DNA of 64,000 nt. Source: Chitinispirillaceae bacterium. Lineage in GTDB: Bacteria > Fibrobacterota > Chitinivibrionia > Chitinivibrionales > Chitinispirillaceae. The stretch is from assembly GCA_016929415.1 (NCBI GenBank), contig JAFGIW010000099.1, forward strand, positions 953 to 64,952, given 5' to 3'. The notes beneath the pieces were generated by a model, which saw nothing but the letters and a program-made list of their open reading frames with translations, had not been told where the DNA came from and did not search any database. Shown here one piece after another: positions 53,771 through 62,080 of the stretch; the stretch's first letter is position 1; each line of letters starts with the position of its first letter. Made by a program: the position numbers and the translations under genes.

Positions 53771-55888
53771 TTACTGCGCCATCGCGCCAACCGTTTTTTT
53801 CAGCGCCGTTTCTCTCCCGGCGATATTCTTCTCGCACTGTGACAGTTCATATCTCAAATACGACCTGCGGTAATATTCGGCGGCGAGGGCGATCATGGCG
53901 GATGCGGCGGCATAATCGTTCTTTTGCTCTTCGAGCCGTGCCTTTTCGGCATACGATTCGGCGGCGATATGGTCGTCGGAAACGATATGCAGCTCCGCAC
54001 ACCGTTCCTTGTAGTGCCGCATGATATGATACGCCGGCTGCATTTCTCCGCGCATCCCGTCCATTTCAGCCGTTACCGGTTTGGGCGGTTTCAGGATCGA
54101 TTCCCACGGCAGACTCTTTACGGACCTTCCGTGGACAACGGCATCGATATGCACGTCAAGCATCCGGAGATCGATCGCCGCGGACAGCAGCGAGATGCCG
54201 GCAATATTGACGGCTGCGGTACAGGGCGATTGCTTATTGATAAATACGATTATGGGAACGGTTTCCGCTTCCGTTGCCGACGGGGTCGCTTCCGGTAACG
54301 CCGGCCGGCGACGGATGCGCTTGAGCGTCTCAACGGCATCACGCCGCGTTGCGGCATCGGTAAAAACGAATACGATATCACACCTGCAATGATAGGTATC
54401 ATACGACTCCTCCGGCACGGCGATCGAAACGGTCATATGGCCGCTCTGCCGCAGATAGTTCTTGATCGGATTGAAAACGGCGGCGGTAAAATCCGCCATG
54501 CCGATCGTAAAAACCGGTGCGGTACCCTTATGGGGCGGCAGGCGCTTTTCGAACGCATCCTCATCGATTTTCAAGAGTTGTTTGTAAGCGGCAAGGTGAT
54601 CCACGATGTCGCGATAAAAGTTATCAGGAAGTCCGAACGTTGCATGCGTCATTGAAAAAAAACGGTTATCAAGCGGAACGACGAACTGATCGCACGAAGC
54701 CCCCAGGAGGTATGCCTTCGCAAGAATGTTCGCCATGGAGACGACGACCGCCATCACCTCTTTTTCCGATTGCGGCTCCACGGCGGATTCCATCGCCGTG
54801 TAATGGTTTACAACTGCATGGTTGATCCGTTCGGGTATTTTCCACAGTTCAAAAAGCCGCCCGACGAGATCGTTATGGGTAACCGAAAGGATCTCCCCTT
54901 CCGCCTCGTAAAAGCGCATGCCGAAATCGGTTGAAATCTGGAGGATACGTTCGAAAATCCGGGGGAAAAATTCATCGAGCAGAATAATGCCGAAATCGTG
55001 CAGGATGCCCGCAAGAAAAGCCTCGTCCGGGCTTACCATCCGGGTCATACGGGCGAGTTGTTCGGCTATTTTTGCTGTGGCGAGACAATGGAACCAGAAC
55101 TCAATCCGATTGAATCCCGGGCTGTAGCGGCGCGTATCAAATAACTGCATTACCGCCATGCCGGTAATGATCCTGCGTGTTTCAGTGAATCCGATGCGTA
55201 CGATCGCATCCTTCATGGTCACCGTGCGGGTATTCTTCCCGGCAAAATAGACCGAATTCGCCTTTTTCAGGAAATTCGCCGAGATCGTCGGATCGGTCTC
55301 GATTATTTTTGCAAGATCATTCGCCCCGGATTTATCGCTGTTGAGCAACTGAAGCGCCATTGAAACCGTGAAGGGGAATGCCATGATATCGCTGACATGC
55401 TTCACCATCAGATCGATTTTACGTTGCCGGGAGGTATGCACGGAGAGTATCTGGGAAACGTCAATCTCCTTTTCCTTCTCAGGATCGTCGTTTTTTGCGC
55501 TGAGTACGATTCCCCTTCTTCTGATCCGGTCGATGGCCTTTGCCGCCAGTCGTTTCATATCGAAGGGCCGGCTGAAATACTCTTCGATACCGACGTTTTT
55601 CATTCCCTTTTCGATACTTCCGTCGATCCTGTCGCCGAAACAAATGATCGGTATGTCGCCCGCACGGCTGTTCTGTTTCACCATCTGCACGAAATGCAAC
55701 TGGTCGTGGAATTGTGGCGGCAGTTCCATGATGATGGCGGCCGGAAGATACTGGAGCGTTTTAAGATAATTGGCATAACTGGGTTTCGATTTCAGGTAGG
55801 TGATCTGCACCGGGCCGAATGCATTAACAATCGCATCGGTTGAGTCATCATTGAGCGCCATCAATAGAATTGAAACGGTCCGTTTCAT
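53771..55888 (-). CDS. HDOD-domain protein flanked by receiver-like (pseudo-receiver) domains
   Basis: HDOD: IMAFPFTVSMALQLLNSDKSGANDLAKIIETDPTISANFLKKANSVYF..ILHDFG. The N-terminal REC-like fold has Glu at the phospho-acceptor position (AAIIMELP). A second REC-like segment is VFTIGMAD..DIVFVFTD. ATG 55888 overlaps the upstream stop as ATGA. Confidence 0.7.
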   Translation of the reverse strand: MKRTVSILLMALNDDSTDAIVNAFGPVQITYLKSKPSYANYLKTLQYLPAAIIMELPPQFHDQLHFVQMVKQNSRAGDIPIICFGDRIDGSIEKGMKNVGIEEYFSRPFDMKRLAAKAIDRIRRRGIVLSAKNDDPEKEKEIDVSQILSVHTSRQRKIDLMVKHVSDIMAFPFTVSMALQLLNSDKSGANDLAKIIETDPTISANFLKKANSVYFAGKNTRTVTMKDAIVRIGFTETRRIITGMAVMQLFDTRRYSPGFNRIEFWFHCLATAKIAEQLARMTRMVSPDEAFLAGILHDFGIILLDEFFPRIFERILQISTDFGMRFYEAEGEILSVTHNDLVGRLFELWKIPERINHAVVNHYTAMESAVEPQSEKEVMAVVVSMANILAKAYLLGASCDQFVVPLDNRFFSMTHATFGLPDNFYRDIVDHLAAYKQLLKIDEDAFEKRLPPHKGTAPVFTIGMADFTAAVFNPIKNYLRQSGHMTVSIAVPEESYDTYHCRCDIVFVFTDAATRRDAVETLKRIRRRPALPEATPSATEAETVPIIVFINKQSPCTAAVNIAGISLLSAAIDLRMLDVHIDAVVHGRSVKSLPWESILKPPKPVTAEMDGMRGEMQPAYHIMRHYKERCAELHIVSDDHIAAESYAEKARLEEQKNDYAAASAMIALAAEYYRRSYLRYELSQCEKNIAGRETALKKTVGAMAQ

Positions 55889-56421
55889 CGTTGCTGCCGC
55901 GCTTGTTCCGTTTTTTTCCCAATCTGCAGGCCGACCAGATTCAGGCACAGGCTGCATACTACCATGCCGCATTTTCCACTGATGAAACCGATACCCGAGA
56001 TATAGTCGGCGGAATGATACTCGCCGTAGATCCATGCCGGCGGCAGGAGCGTTAAAGCGCCGAAATTTCTCTCCAAATCTTCCAGTGAATGATGTGCACT
56101 GATGTTCATGGCTTCGCACATAAGACCGGAATAGGTGCCCCGATGGACAATAACGGCCGCGAGCGCAGCGCCATGAGGATAGACGGCGGCAATTTTCGAC
56201 GCGGTAATCTCATCGGTCGAAAAAATGAAATCGCCCTGAATCCGGCCGCTGAAATGGGATATGACCGTCAGGCCGTTCCGGAATGTCGGAGGGGTATTCA
56301 CCGGGCTCTTTTTGTCAATCATAAAATCGGCGTTTGCCATATCCTTTAATGTATGGCAAACGTTACGAATGAAGAGCGCCGTATTGGTTCGCAGAATCGT
56401 GTCCTGTTGTTCTTTCGTCAT
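55885..56421 (-). CDS. CheX-like domain protein (paralog of 44765..45271)
   Basis: LTVISHFSGRIQGDFIFSTDE and LMCEAMNISAHH (ExxN retained, Gly replaced by His). Ends ..CSLCLNL, like its paralog's ..CGFFLNL. Confidence 0.5.
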   Translation of the reverse strand: MTKEQQDTILRTNTALFIRNVCHTLKDMANADFMIDKKSPVNTPPTFRNGLTVISHFSGRIQGDFIFSTDEITASKIAAVYPHGAALAAVIVHRGTYSGLMCEAMNISAHHSLEDLERNFGALTLLPPAWIYGEYHSADYISGIGFISGKCGMVVCSLCLNLVGLQIGKKTEQARQQR

Positions 56422-57007
56422 TTCACGACACCTGATAGATGTGCATTATTCCGGGACTACCGATAAGAAACCTCCAACAAAGCGGCGAAAGGAACCGGCA
56501 GAAAGAACCGGATCCCCTTGCGTGTAAAACGGCGGCGCTATCTCCGGCGGCGTCAAGCGATGTGACGGCCGCAGCCCCGCTGCAGGCAATTACCGCACCC
56601 TTCGCCTGCAGTACGAGTCGGCCCTGCCGCAGTCGGAGACGGATAAATTATTTTACACTTCTACCCGGCGAGATGCAAGCGAATAGAAGGGAGGGATTGT
56701 TTGAAAATATATTCGATTGCCCCCGGCGCTCATAGAGGATACAATTCATCCATGGACCTGATAACCGTTAAAACCACCCGGTTTTTATTTGATTTTATAA
56801 AATAATAATACTACAATCTTCTTGTTATTTCTCTTTATCTGCAAAAATGGTCCTCATTGTTGAAAGGAGTCACCCACATCATGCCGTAACACCACCCGTC
56901 AATGTTCCCCGATTCCAGCAATGATCATTTCATTCCCAAAAACCTTGAAGAGAAGAGGTTGTATATGCAAAATTCGATTCCCGATATTTTCCGTAAAGGA
57001 GGCAGCC

Positions 57008-58522
57008 GTGAAATACCGCAAGGCGATTGTTTGCTACAGCATGCTGCTGCTCACGTACACCACGCTTCCCGCCGCCACCTATCTTGTCGGTTCAGGCAAA
57101 ACCTATGCAAAGCTCCAGGATGTGGCGGACCTCCTGCAACCCGGGGATGCGGTGCAGGTGGACGGTAATGCGACCTATCCTTCCGGCGCACAGTTTTCGC
57201 GCAACGGAACGGCCGATCAATGGATCACCGTGAGCGGGATGCGTCCCGCGGGCGTCACCCGCCCGCTCATTACGGGCAGCACGATGTACGGTATCGATAT
57301 TTCGGCGGATTACATCGTCCTTGAGGGATTCGAGGTGCGCGGCAGGCCCAAGGGAATCGGCGTGTTCGGGAACAATATCCTGGTACGGGACTGCATAATT
57401 GACAGCTGCAATCACGGCCTCATCGGCTACGGGACCGGCACCGGCAACGTGACCGTGGAGTATTGTGAATTCTACGGTAACGGCGTTTCCACCGGGAGAG
57501 CGACGCAGCATCAGATCTATATGGCGACCGACGAACACTCCCATCCCGGGTCGATTTTCCGGCTGCAGTTCTGCTACCTCCACGACGGGGTCGAGGGCGA
57601 CAACGTGAAATCCCGTTCGCAACGCAGCGAGATCTATTACAACTGGATTGAAAATGCGGGCAGCAGCGGTCACGGCATGGGGCTGTTCGCGCCCGACCCC
57701 GAGGACAACGAAAATGTCGAGATCGCCACCGCGCGGGAGGATGCCGACGTGGTGGGAAATGTTGTCATCCAGCAGCGCAACGCATGCGCCAGAATCGGCG
57801 GCGATGCGCCCGGCTACCCGACCAACGGGCGATACCGTTTTGTCAATAACACCTTCATTTGTAACGGCAGCAGAGGCGATGCCATAAGGACATTCAATAC
57901 CATCGAAACCCTGGAAATGTACAACAACGTCATCTTCGGCACGCAATCCGGAAGCGACATCCGAATCATCAACGATGCCGACGGGGAGTGGGTGCACTCC
58001 CCCCGTTCGCTCATTGGCGGCAACAACTGGGTGATCACCGGGGCGACCCGTGTGCCTTCGGCGGATGAATGGAGCGGGACCGTCAGGGGGGCGACCTCAC
58101 CTTTTGTTAATGCAGGGACGAAGGATTTCCGTCCGGCCCCGGGCGGTCCGCTCGTCGGTAACGGCGCCGCTGCAACGCCGACCATCACCGACTATCCGTT
58201 TCCCGATCCGTGTTTCCCTCCGGCGTACCATCCCCCGCAGGCGGCGCTCATCGATACCGGCACGGCGCCAAAGCGCCCGTCGGACGGCGGCATCGATGTC
58301 GGAGCTTACGAGGCTGCTTCACAGGCGGTCGGCCGTACACAACCGGAGATGCGGTGCCGGACCGCGGCGATCCGCTACGGCGCCAACGGGCGGGTGGTCG
58401 GCCTTGACGGGAGGGCAGCCGGACCGTTTCTCCATCAGGCGCCGGCGCTGCGGATTCGCGGAAAGGGGGAAGCGGCGCGGAAAACGGTGGATGTCAACTA
58501 TCGGGATGCGTTGACACGGTAA
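57008..58522 (+). CDS. Secreted right-handed parallel beta-helix protein (pectate-lyase-fold, possible polysaccharide lyase/hydrolase)
   Basis: GTG 57008 is preceded by AAGGAGG. The signal-like N-terminus is KYRKAIVCYSMLLLTYTTLPAA. Repeated Gly/Asn/Ile-rich turns are typical of PbH1 repeats (GIGVFGNNILVRDCIIDSCNHGLIGYGTGTGNVTVEYCEFYGNG). Confidence 0.55.
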   Translation: MKYRKAIVCYSMLLLTYTTLPAATYLVGSGKTYAKLQDVADLLQPGDAVQVDGNATYPSGAQFSRNGTADQWITVSGMRPAGVTRPLITGSTMYGIDISADYIVLEGFEVRGRPKGIGVFGNNILVRDCIIDSCNHGLIGYGTGTGNVTVEYCEFYGNGVSTGRATQHQIYMATDEHSHPGSIFRLQFCYLHDGVEGDNVKSRSQRSEIYYNWIENAGSSGHGMGLFAPDPEDNENVEIATAREDADVVGNVVIQQRNACARIGGDAPGYPTNGRYRFVNNTFICNGSRGDAIRTFNTIETLEMYNNVIFGTQSGSDIRIINDADGEWVHSPRSLIGGNNWVITGATRVPSADEWSGTVRGATSPFVNAGTKDFRPAPGGPLVGNGAAATPTITDYPFPDPCFPPAYHPPQAALIDTGTAPKRPSDGGIDVGAYEAASQAVGRTQPEMRCRTAAIRYGANGRVVGLDGRAAGPFLHQAPALRIRGKGEAARKTVDVNYRDALTR

Positions 58523-58547
58523 TTTTCTATAGACCGGGATGCACGTA

Positions 58548-59879
58548 TTATCGTGATCTGTCAACCAGCGAGAGCGCCAGCCTGACGGCGAACGCATCCC
58601 TCACCATATCCGGATAATACCCGTTCTCGCCGGAGATACCGAGCGCAGTGCACCCGAGATCAACGATCAGCTTTTTCCGGAAGGAGACCCTGACGCCTCC
58701 CCACGCATCCGCCGAATAGGTGAGGTTCCTGTCGTCGTTTGTCCAGTCGGCGGCCAGCCTGCCGGAGGCCCCCACGTAGAACCGGCGCAGGAAATAACCT
58801 GTAAGGTCGATCTGCCCTCCCGCAGAGCCGAGAATAGTCCGGGAGGTACGGGAGGTGGTTCCGTATTCATGGCGTCCCCCGCGCGTCCAGCGATTGACAT
58901 AGGTTGAAACGCTGTGAGTCGAGGAATGGGATACGAACAGCTTCAGTTGATTCACGACAAGCAGCGGTTCGCTCAATAACGGATCTTGAACCCACGAAAG
59001 AAACAATCGATCCGGATTAAATTCAGCCGCCGCGTATTCCAGGCGAATGAGGTGGGAAGGGCTTTTCTCCCCGGCATATTGAATGGTTGTATCCGGACCT
59101 GAGTATCCGTAGGCGGTGATTACGCTGTCTACGACAGGCTCCGATTTTTTATAATTGGAATTCCAGCGGGCCAGTAAAAGGGTCGACCAGCGCCGGCGGA
59201 AACGGACCGCTTCCCGCCACAACCCCGCTGCCGCCGCAACGCCCGCCCCCCACGCGCCTTCATCGTAACGGTGGTATCGCAGCAGAAGCCGTTGATAATC
59301 ATCGATGTATTCCTCTTCGTAGGAAAACCCGCGTTGCGGCGTGAAGGAAACTTCGAGACCGGCGAGGAGCGCGTTGCGGGAGGAAAGAAAAACAAGTCCT
59401 TGCATTGCCGCGAAAAACGACTGGTTGCGGCGCCACCGTACCATGAATTCCCTTTCCGAAACGGTATCGAGACATTCAAACGGCTCAATTTCCGGTCCGG
59501 TGCAGGTGACCCGTGCGCCCGAACTGCTTGTCTTTTCCTCATCGAAACCGTACCCCGCCCCGGCCGAGATGACGGTTCGCTTCACTTCACGCGTCAGAAA
59601 CAGGTAGGACGGATCAAGGGAAGAACGGCCCTGTCCGCCGCTTTTCCACGATCCCGCCGCGGAGAGCAGGTACTTTCCAAGCGGTACGGCAATGGCGTCG
59701 CTTCCATACAGGTTCCACCCGTCACCGGGGTGTGCATTGATTGACAGGAACGACGAGTTACCGAAACGCTTCCGTTCCAGCGCGGGGAACGACGACAGCT
59801 CCGCGCGCAGCGGCGGAAAGCATGATGCCGCCAAGAGCATGACCGCGGCGACCCTCAGGAAGAGCGGTCGCATCATCAT
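58548..59879 (-). CDS. Secreted hypothetical protein, possibly an outer-membrane beta-barrel
   Basis: Signal peptide MMMRPLFLRVAAVMLLAASCFPPLRA. Alternating aromatic/Gly-rich strands run to the C-terminus. The start overlaps the upstream ORF stop as ATGA (59876-59879). No family recognised. Confidence 0.4.
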   Translation of the reverse strand: MMMRPLFLRVAAVMLLAASCFPPLRAELSSFPALERKRFGNSSFLSINAHPGDGWNLYGSDAIAVPLGKYLLSAAGSWKSGGQGRSSLDPSYLFLTREVKRTVISAGAGYGFDEEKTSSSGARVTCTGPEIEPFECLDTVSEREFMVRWRRNQSFFAAMQGLVFLSSRNALLAGLEVSFTPQRGFSYEEEYIDDYQRLLLRYHRYDEGAWGAGVAAAAGLWREAVRFRRRWSTLLLARWNSNYKKSEPVVDSVITAYGYSGPDTTIQYAGEKSPSHLIRLEYAAAEFNPDRLFLSWVQDPLLSEPLLVVNQLKLFVSHSSTHSVSTYVNRWTRGGRHEYGTTSRTSRTILGSAGGQIDLTGYFLRRFYVGASGRLAADWTNDDRNLTYSADAWGGVRVSFRKKLIVDLGCTALGISGENGYYPDMVRDAFAVRLALSLVDRSR

Positions 59880-61137
59880 TTTTCCGTTCCGAACCGGAGG
59901 GTGAAAGCCCGTCCCATCGGTTCACCATAAATGTCGGTGACGGCGCCTCCCAGCGTGATCGTGTACAGCGTATCCCCGATGAAAGGGGCATGGCGGATGG
60001 CGCAGGCGGTTCCTCCCGTCTGCGTTGCGGCGGCGGTGAGCACGATGCTGTCGACCGGCGGATCGAAGGTGACATGGGTGAGGAGCGCTGCGGTATCGAT
60101 CCGTGCGTTGAAGGTAACCTCGACCGGCGCGTCCCGGCTGACGTTTACCTGGCCGTCGAACGGCCCGGTTGAAGAGACCATGAGCGGCTGCGTTTTAAAC
60201 TGAAAGGAGAAATTCCCCCCGACAGCCCCCCGCGCCGCGCAGTATCCGCTGTCGATGGTCACGGTGTAGCGCCTGTTCGACCGCAGCGGCTGCAGCGGGA
60301 CAAGCGTCAGCCGGCGGCCGCTGCAGCAATCACATATAAAAGAGCCCTGCTTTGATTCATCGTCTCATCTCCGTTCCACCCATAGGCTGTCGATCGCATC
60401 AGCCCAAAGGGAAAAGTATTTCAGGTAAAAAGCATGTTCAGACTCCTCGACCGGGGAGCCGAATATCCTTTCGAAATCACCGGAGAACTTCTGCCCCGTG
60501 TCGGCAGTGCTCGCCGAATAAAGCTCTTTGGTCTTCGCTATGCCGTATTTGTCGGCAAGGTACCTCACGAAAGCTCCCGCCCTGCTGTAGCTGAAGCTGG
60601 AATAGTCGAACCCGTTCCTGATCAATTGATCGGCAATCGATGTTGAGTAGCGGAGATCGTAGGGCGACCTGCACTCATCGACGAACTCATCGATCGGGTT
60701 GCGGAAATCAAACTCAAATGCTTTTGCCAGGCCTTCAATCAGAAATTTGTTCCTCGATCTCCCCAACTCCTCATTGGCGACCACATGGATGATTTCATGC
60801 CCGTTGTCGGACAGTACATACTCCCTCGACTCGCAGGTGGTCCCGAAATGGCTCGCCCATGCCCTTCCGATGGGCTCAACGAAAAGCCAGGCATCGATGA
60901 CGCCGTCGAATGAAAGATCGAGCGTATCGTTGATGTACCCCAGCAGGCGCTTTTTTTCCCGGCAATCGCGGCGGCTTCGTACGCCGTAAACTCGCTTTCG
61001 AGATAGTACACGCGGAAGTGCGTTGATTCATGGCAGGCGTAGCGGGGAGCCCGGATCGGCGCTTCACAATTGATAAAAAACGCGGCGGCAAATGCCGTCA
61101 GAAAAAGATGAGTCAATCGATTGCGGTGCATGACCAT
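59876..61137 (-). pseudogene. Disrupted gene: secreted HExxH zinc metallopeptidase fused to Big_5/SbsA-type Ig-like domains (frameshift plus in-frame stop)
   Basis: Three collinear reading segments. (1) 61137..~60955 encodes MVMHRNRLTHLFLTAFAAAFFINC..HFRVYYLESEFTAYEAAAIAGKK. (2) From the A7 run (plus-strand T7 at 60951-60957) a different frame reads ..KRLLGYINDTLDL..SDNGHEIIHVVANEELG..FLIEGLAKAF... (3) TGA at 60365-60367 is in frame with the downstream ..GRRLTLVPLQPLRSNRRYTVTIDSGY.. and a second Ig-like repeat. Confidence 0.55.
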
Positions 61138-61352
61138 GTTTCCACTCGTGAGGCGCTTCCAACCGACTCCGGGATGAAACGGATTTTGACCGGGCCTTCG
61201 CTTAAAATATAGTTGCTGAACAGGCTGAAATAACAAAGGCTGCTCATGCATGCGTCCTGCCGCATCAAACGATTGTTGATTCACCTGCCGCCGGATCATA
61301 TTTTTCGACATGAGCGCACAGGGTCGTAAATTTTATACTTGGGAGATGCATC

Positions 61353-61865
61353 ATGGCTGCAATTACGTTGCATGGTCAGCATATTTCCACTATCGGCTCC
61401 CTGCCGCCAGTCGGGTTGAAAATACCCGAATTCCTTCTCACAAAAACCGACCTGAGCGATGTCGGTCTGCATGATTTCGCAGGGAAACGGATGGTGTTCA
61501 ATATTTTTCCCTCGATCGATACCGCGGTCTGCTCCGCGTCGGTCCGCAGGTTCAATAAGGACGCATCCTCGCCGGCAGACTCCGTCGTTCTCTGCGTTTC
61601 GCAGGATCTGCCCTTTGCGCATTCACGGTTCTGCGGGGCTGAGGGAATAGACAAAGTAATCCCGTTGTCGGCCTTCCGCTCGAAATCCTTCGGTGCATCC
61701 TACGGTGTCATGATGGTCGACGGTCCGATGGCAGGCCTGTTCTCACGGGCGGTGATCATCACCGATGCCGACGGCTGGGTGCTTTACACCGAACAGGTCC
61801 CGGAGATCGCCCAGGAACCGGATTATAAAACGGCGTTTACGGTCTTGAAAAAAAGAAGATTATAG
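61353..61865 (+). CDS. tpx: Thiol peroxidase (atypical 2-Cys peroxiredoxin)
   Basis: FAGKRMVFNIFPSIDTAVCSASVRRFN, VVLCVSQDLPFAHSRFCGAEG and EPDYKTAFTVLKK are colinear with E. coli Tpx. Confidence 0.85.
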   Translation: MAAITLHGQHISTIGSLPPVGLKIPEFLLTKTDLSDVGLHDFAGKRMVFNIFPSIDTAVCSASVRRFNKDASSPADSVVLCVSQDLPFAHSRFCGAEGIDKVIPLSAFRSKSFGASYGVMMVDGPMAGLFSRAVIITDADGWVLYTEQVPEIAQEPDYKTAFTVLKKRRL

Positions 61866-61892
61866 CTTCCCCGTTCAGGCACAACGATAATT

Positions 61893-61933
61893 GCGGGCGC
61901 CTCGGTACGCTTCGCACTCGATGCCCGTTTTTA
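61893..61933 (+). terminator. Possible intrinsic terminator after tpx
   Basis: CGGGC (61894-61898) pairs with GCCCG (61923-61927), followed by TTTTTA. The interior is long and only partly paired. Confidence 0.35.
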
Positions 61934-62080
61934 TTGCTCGCCGAGTGTCGCGATGGAACATCGGGATGTATCGAGGCGGGCAATGAAGAAGTACCGAATG
62001 GTAATACGCAGGGTACCAACGAAAAAGGGCGGATCGCATTCCGCCCATCGTTAATTTCACCGTAATGCCGGAATTACCTG

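Noticed and set aside
56422-57007. 586-nt non-coding gap, considered for an RNA gene (RNase P, tmRNA, SRP, 6S)
   Set aside because: No conserved core strings of those RNAs were seen. The AT-rich part (56740-56870) looks like a divergent promoter region.
60365-60367. In-frame TGA as selenocysteine or genome-wide stop-codon reassignment
   Set aside because: Many well-supported genes in the window end in TGA (for example GT2 at 30346-30348 and the Cys-rich ORF). The position is inside an Ig-like domain rather than a redox motif. I see no convincing SECIS-like hairpin immediately downstream. A second lesion (the A7 frameshift) in the same gene favours decay or sequencing error.
60951-60957. Programmed -1 ribosomal frameshift at the A-run (dnaX-like A AAA AAG)
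   Set aside because: The heptamer is out of phase with the incoming frame (codons GGG AAA AAA AGC), and no obvious downstream stimulatory hairpin was seen. Homopolymer error or mutation is the simpler explanation, so it is mentioned only as an alternative in the finding.
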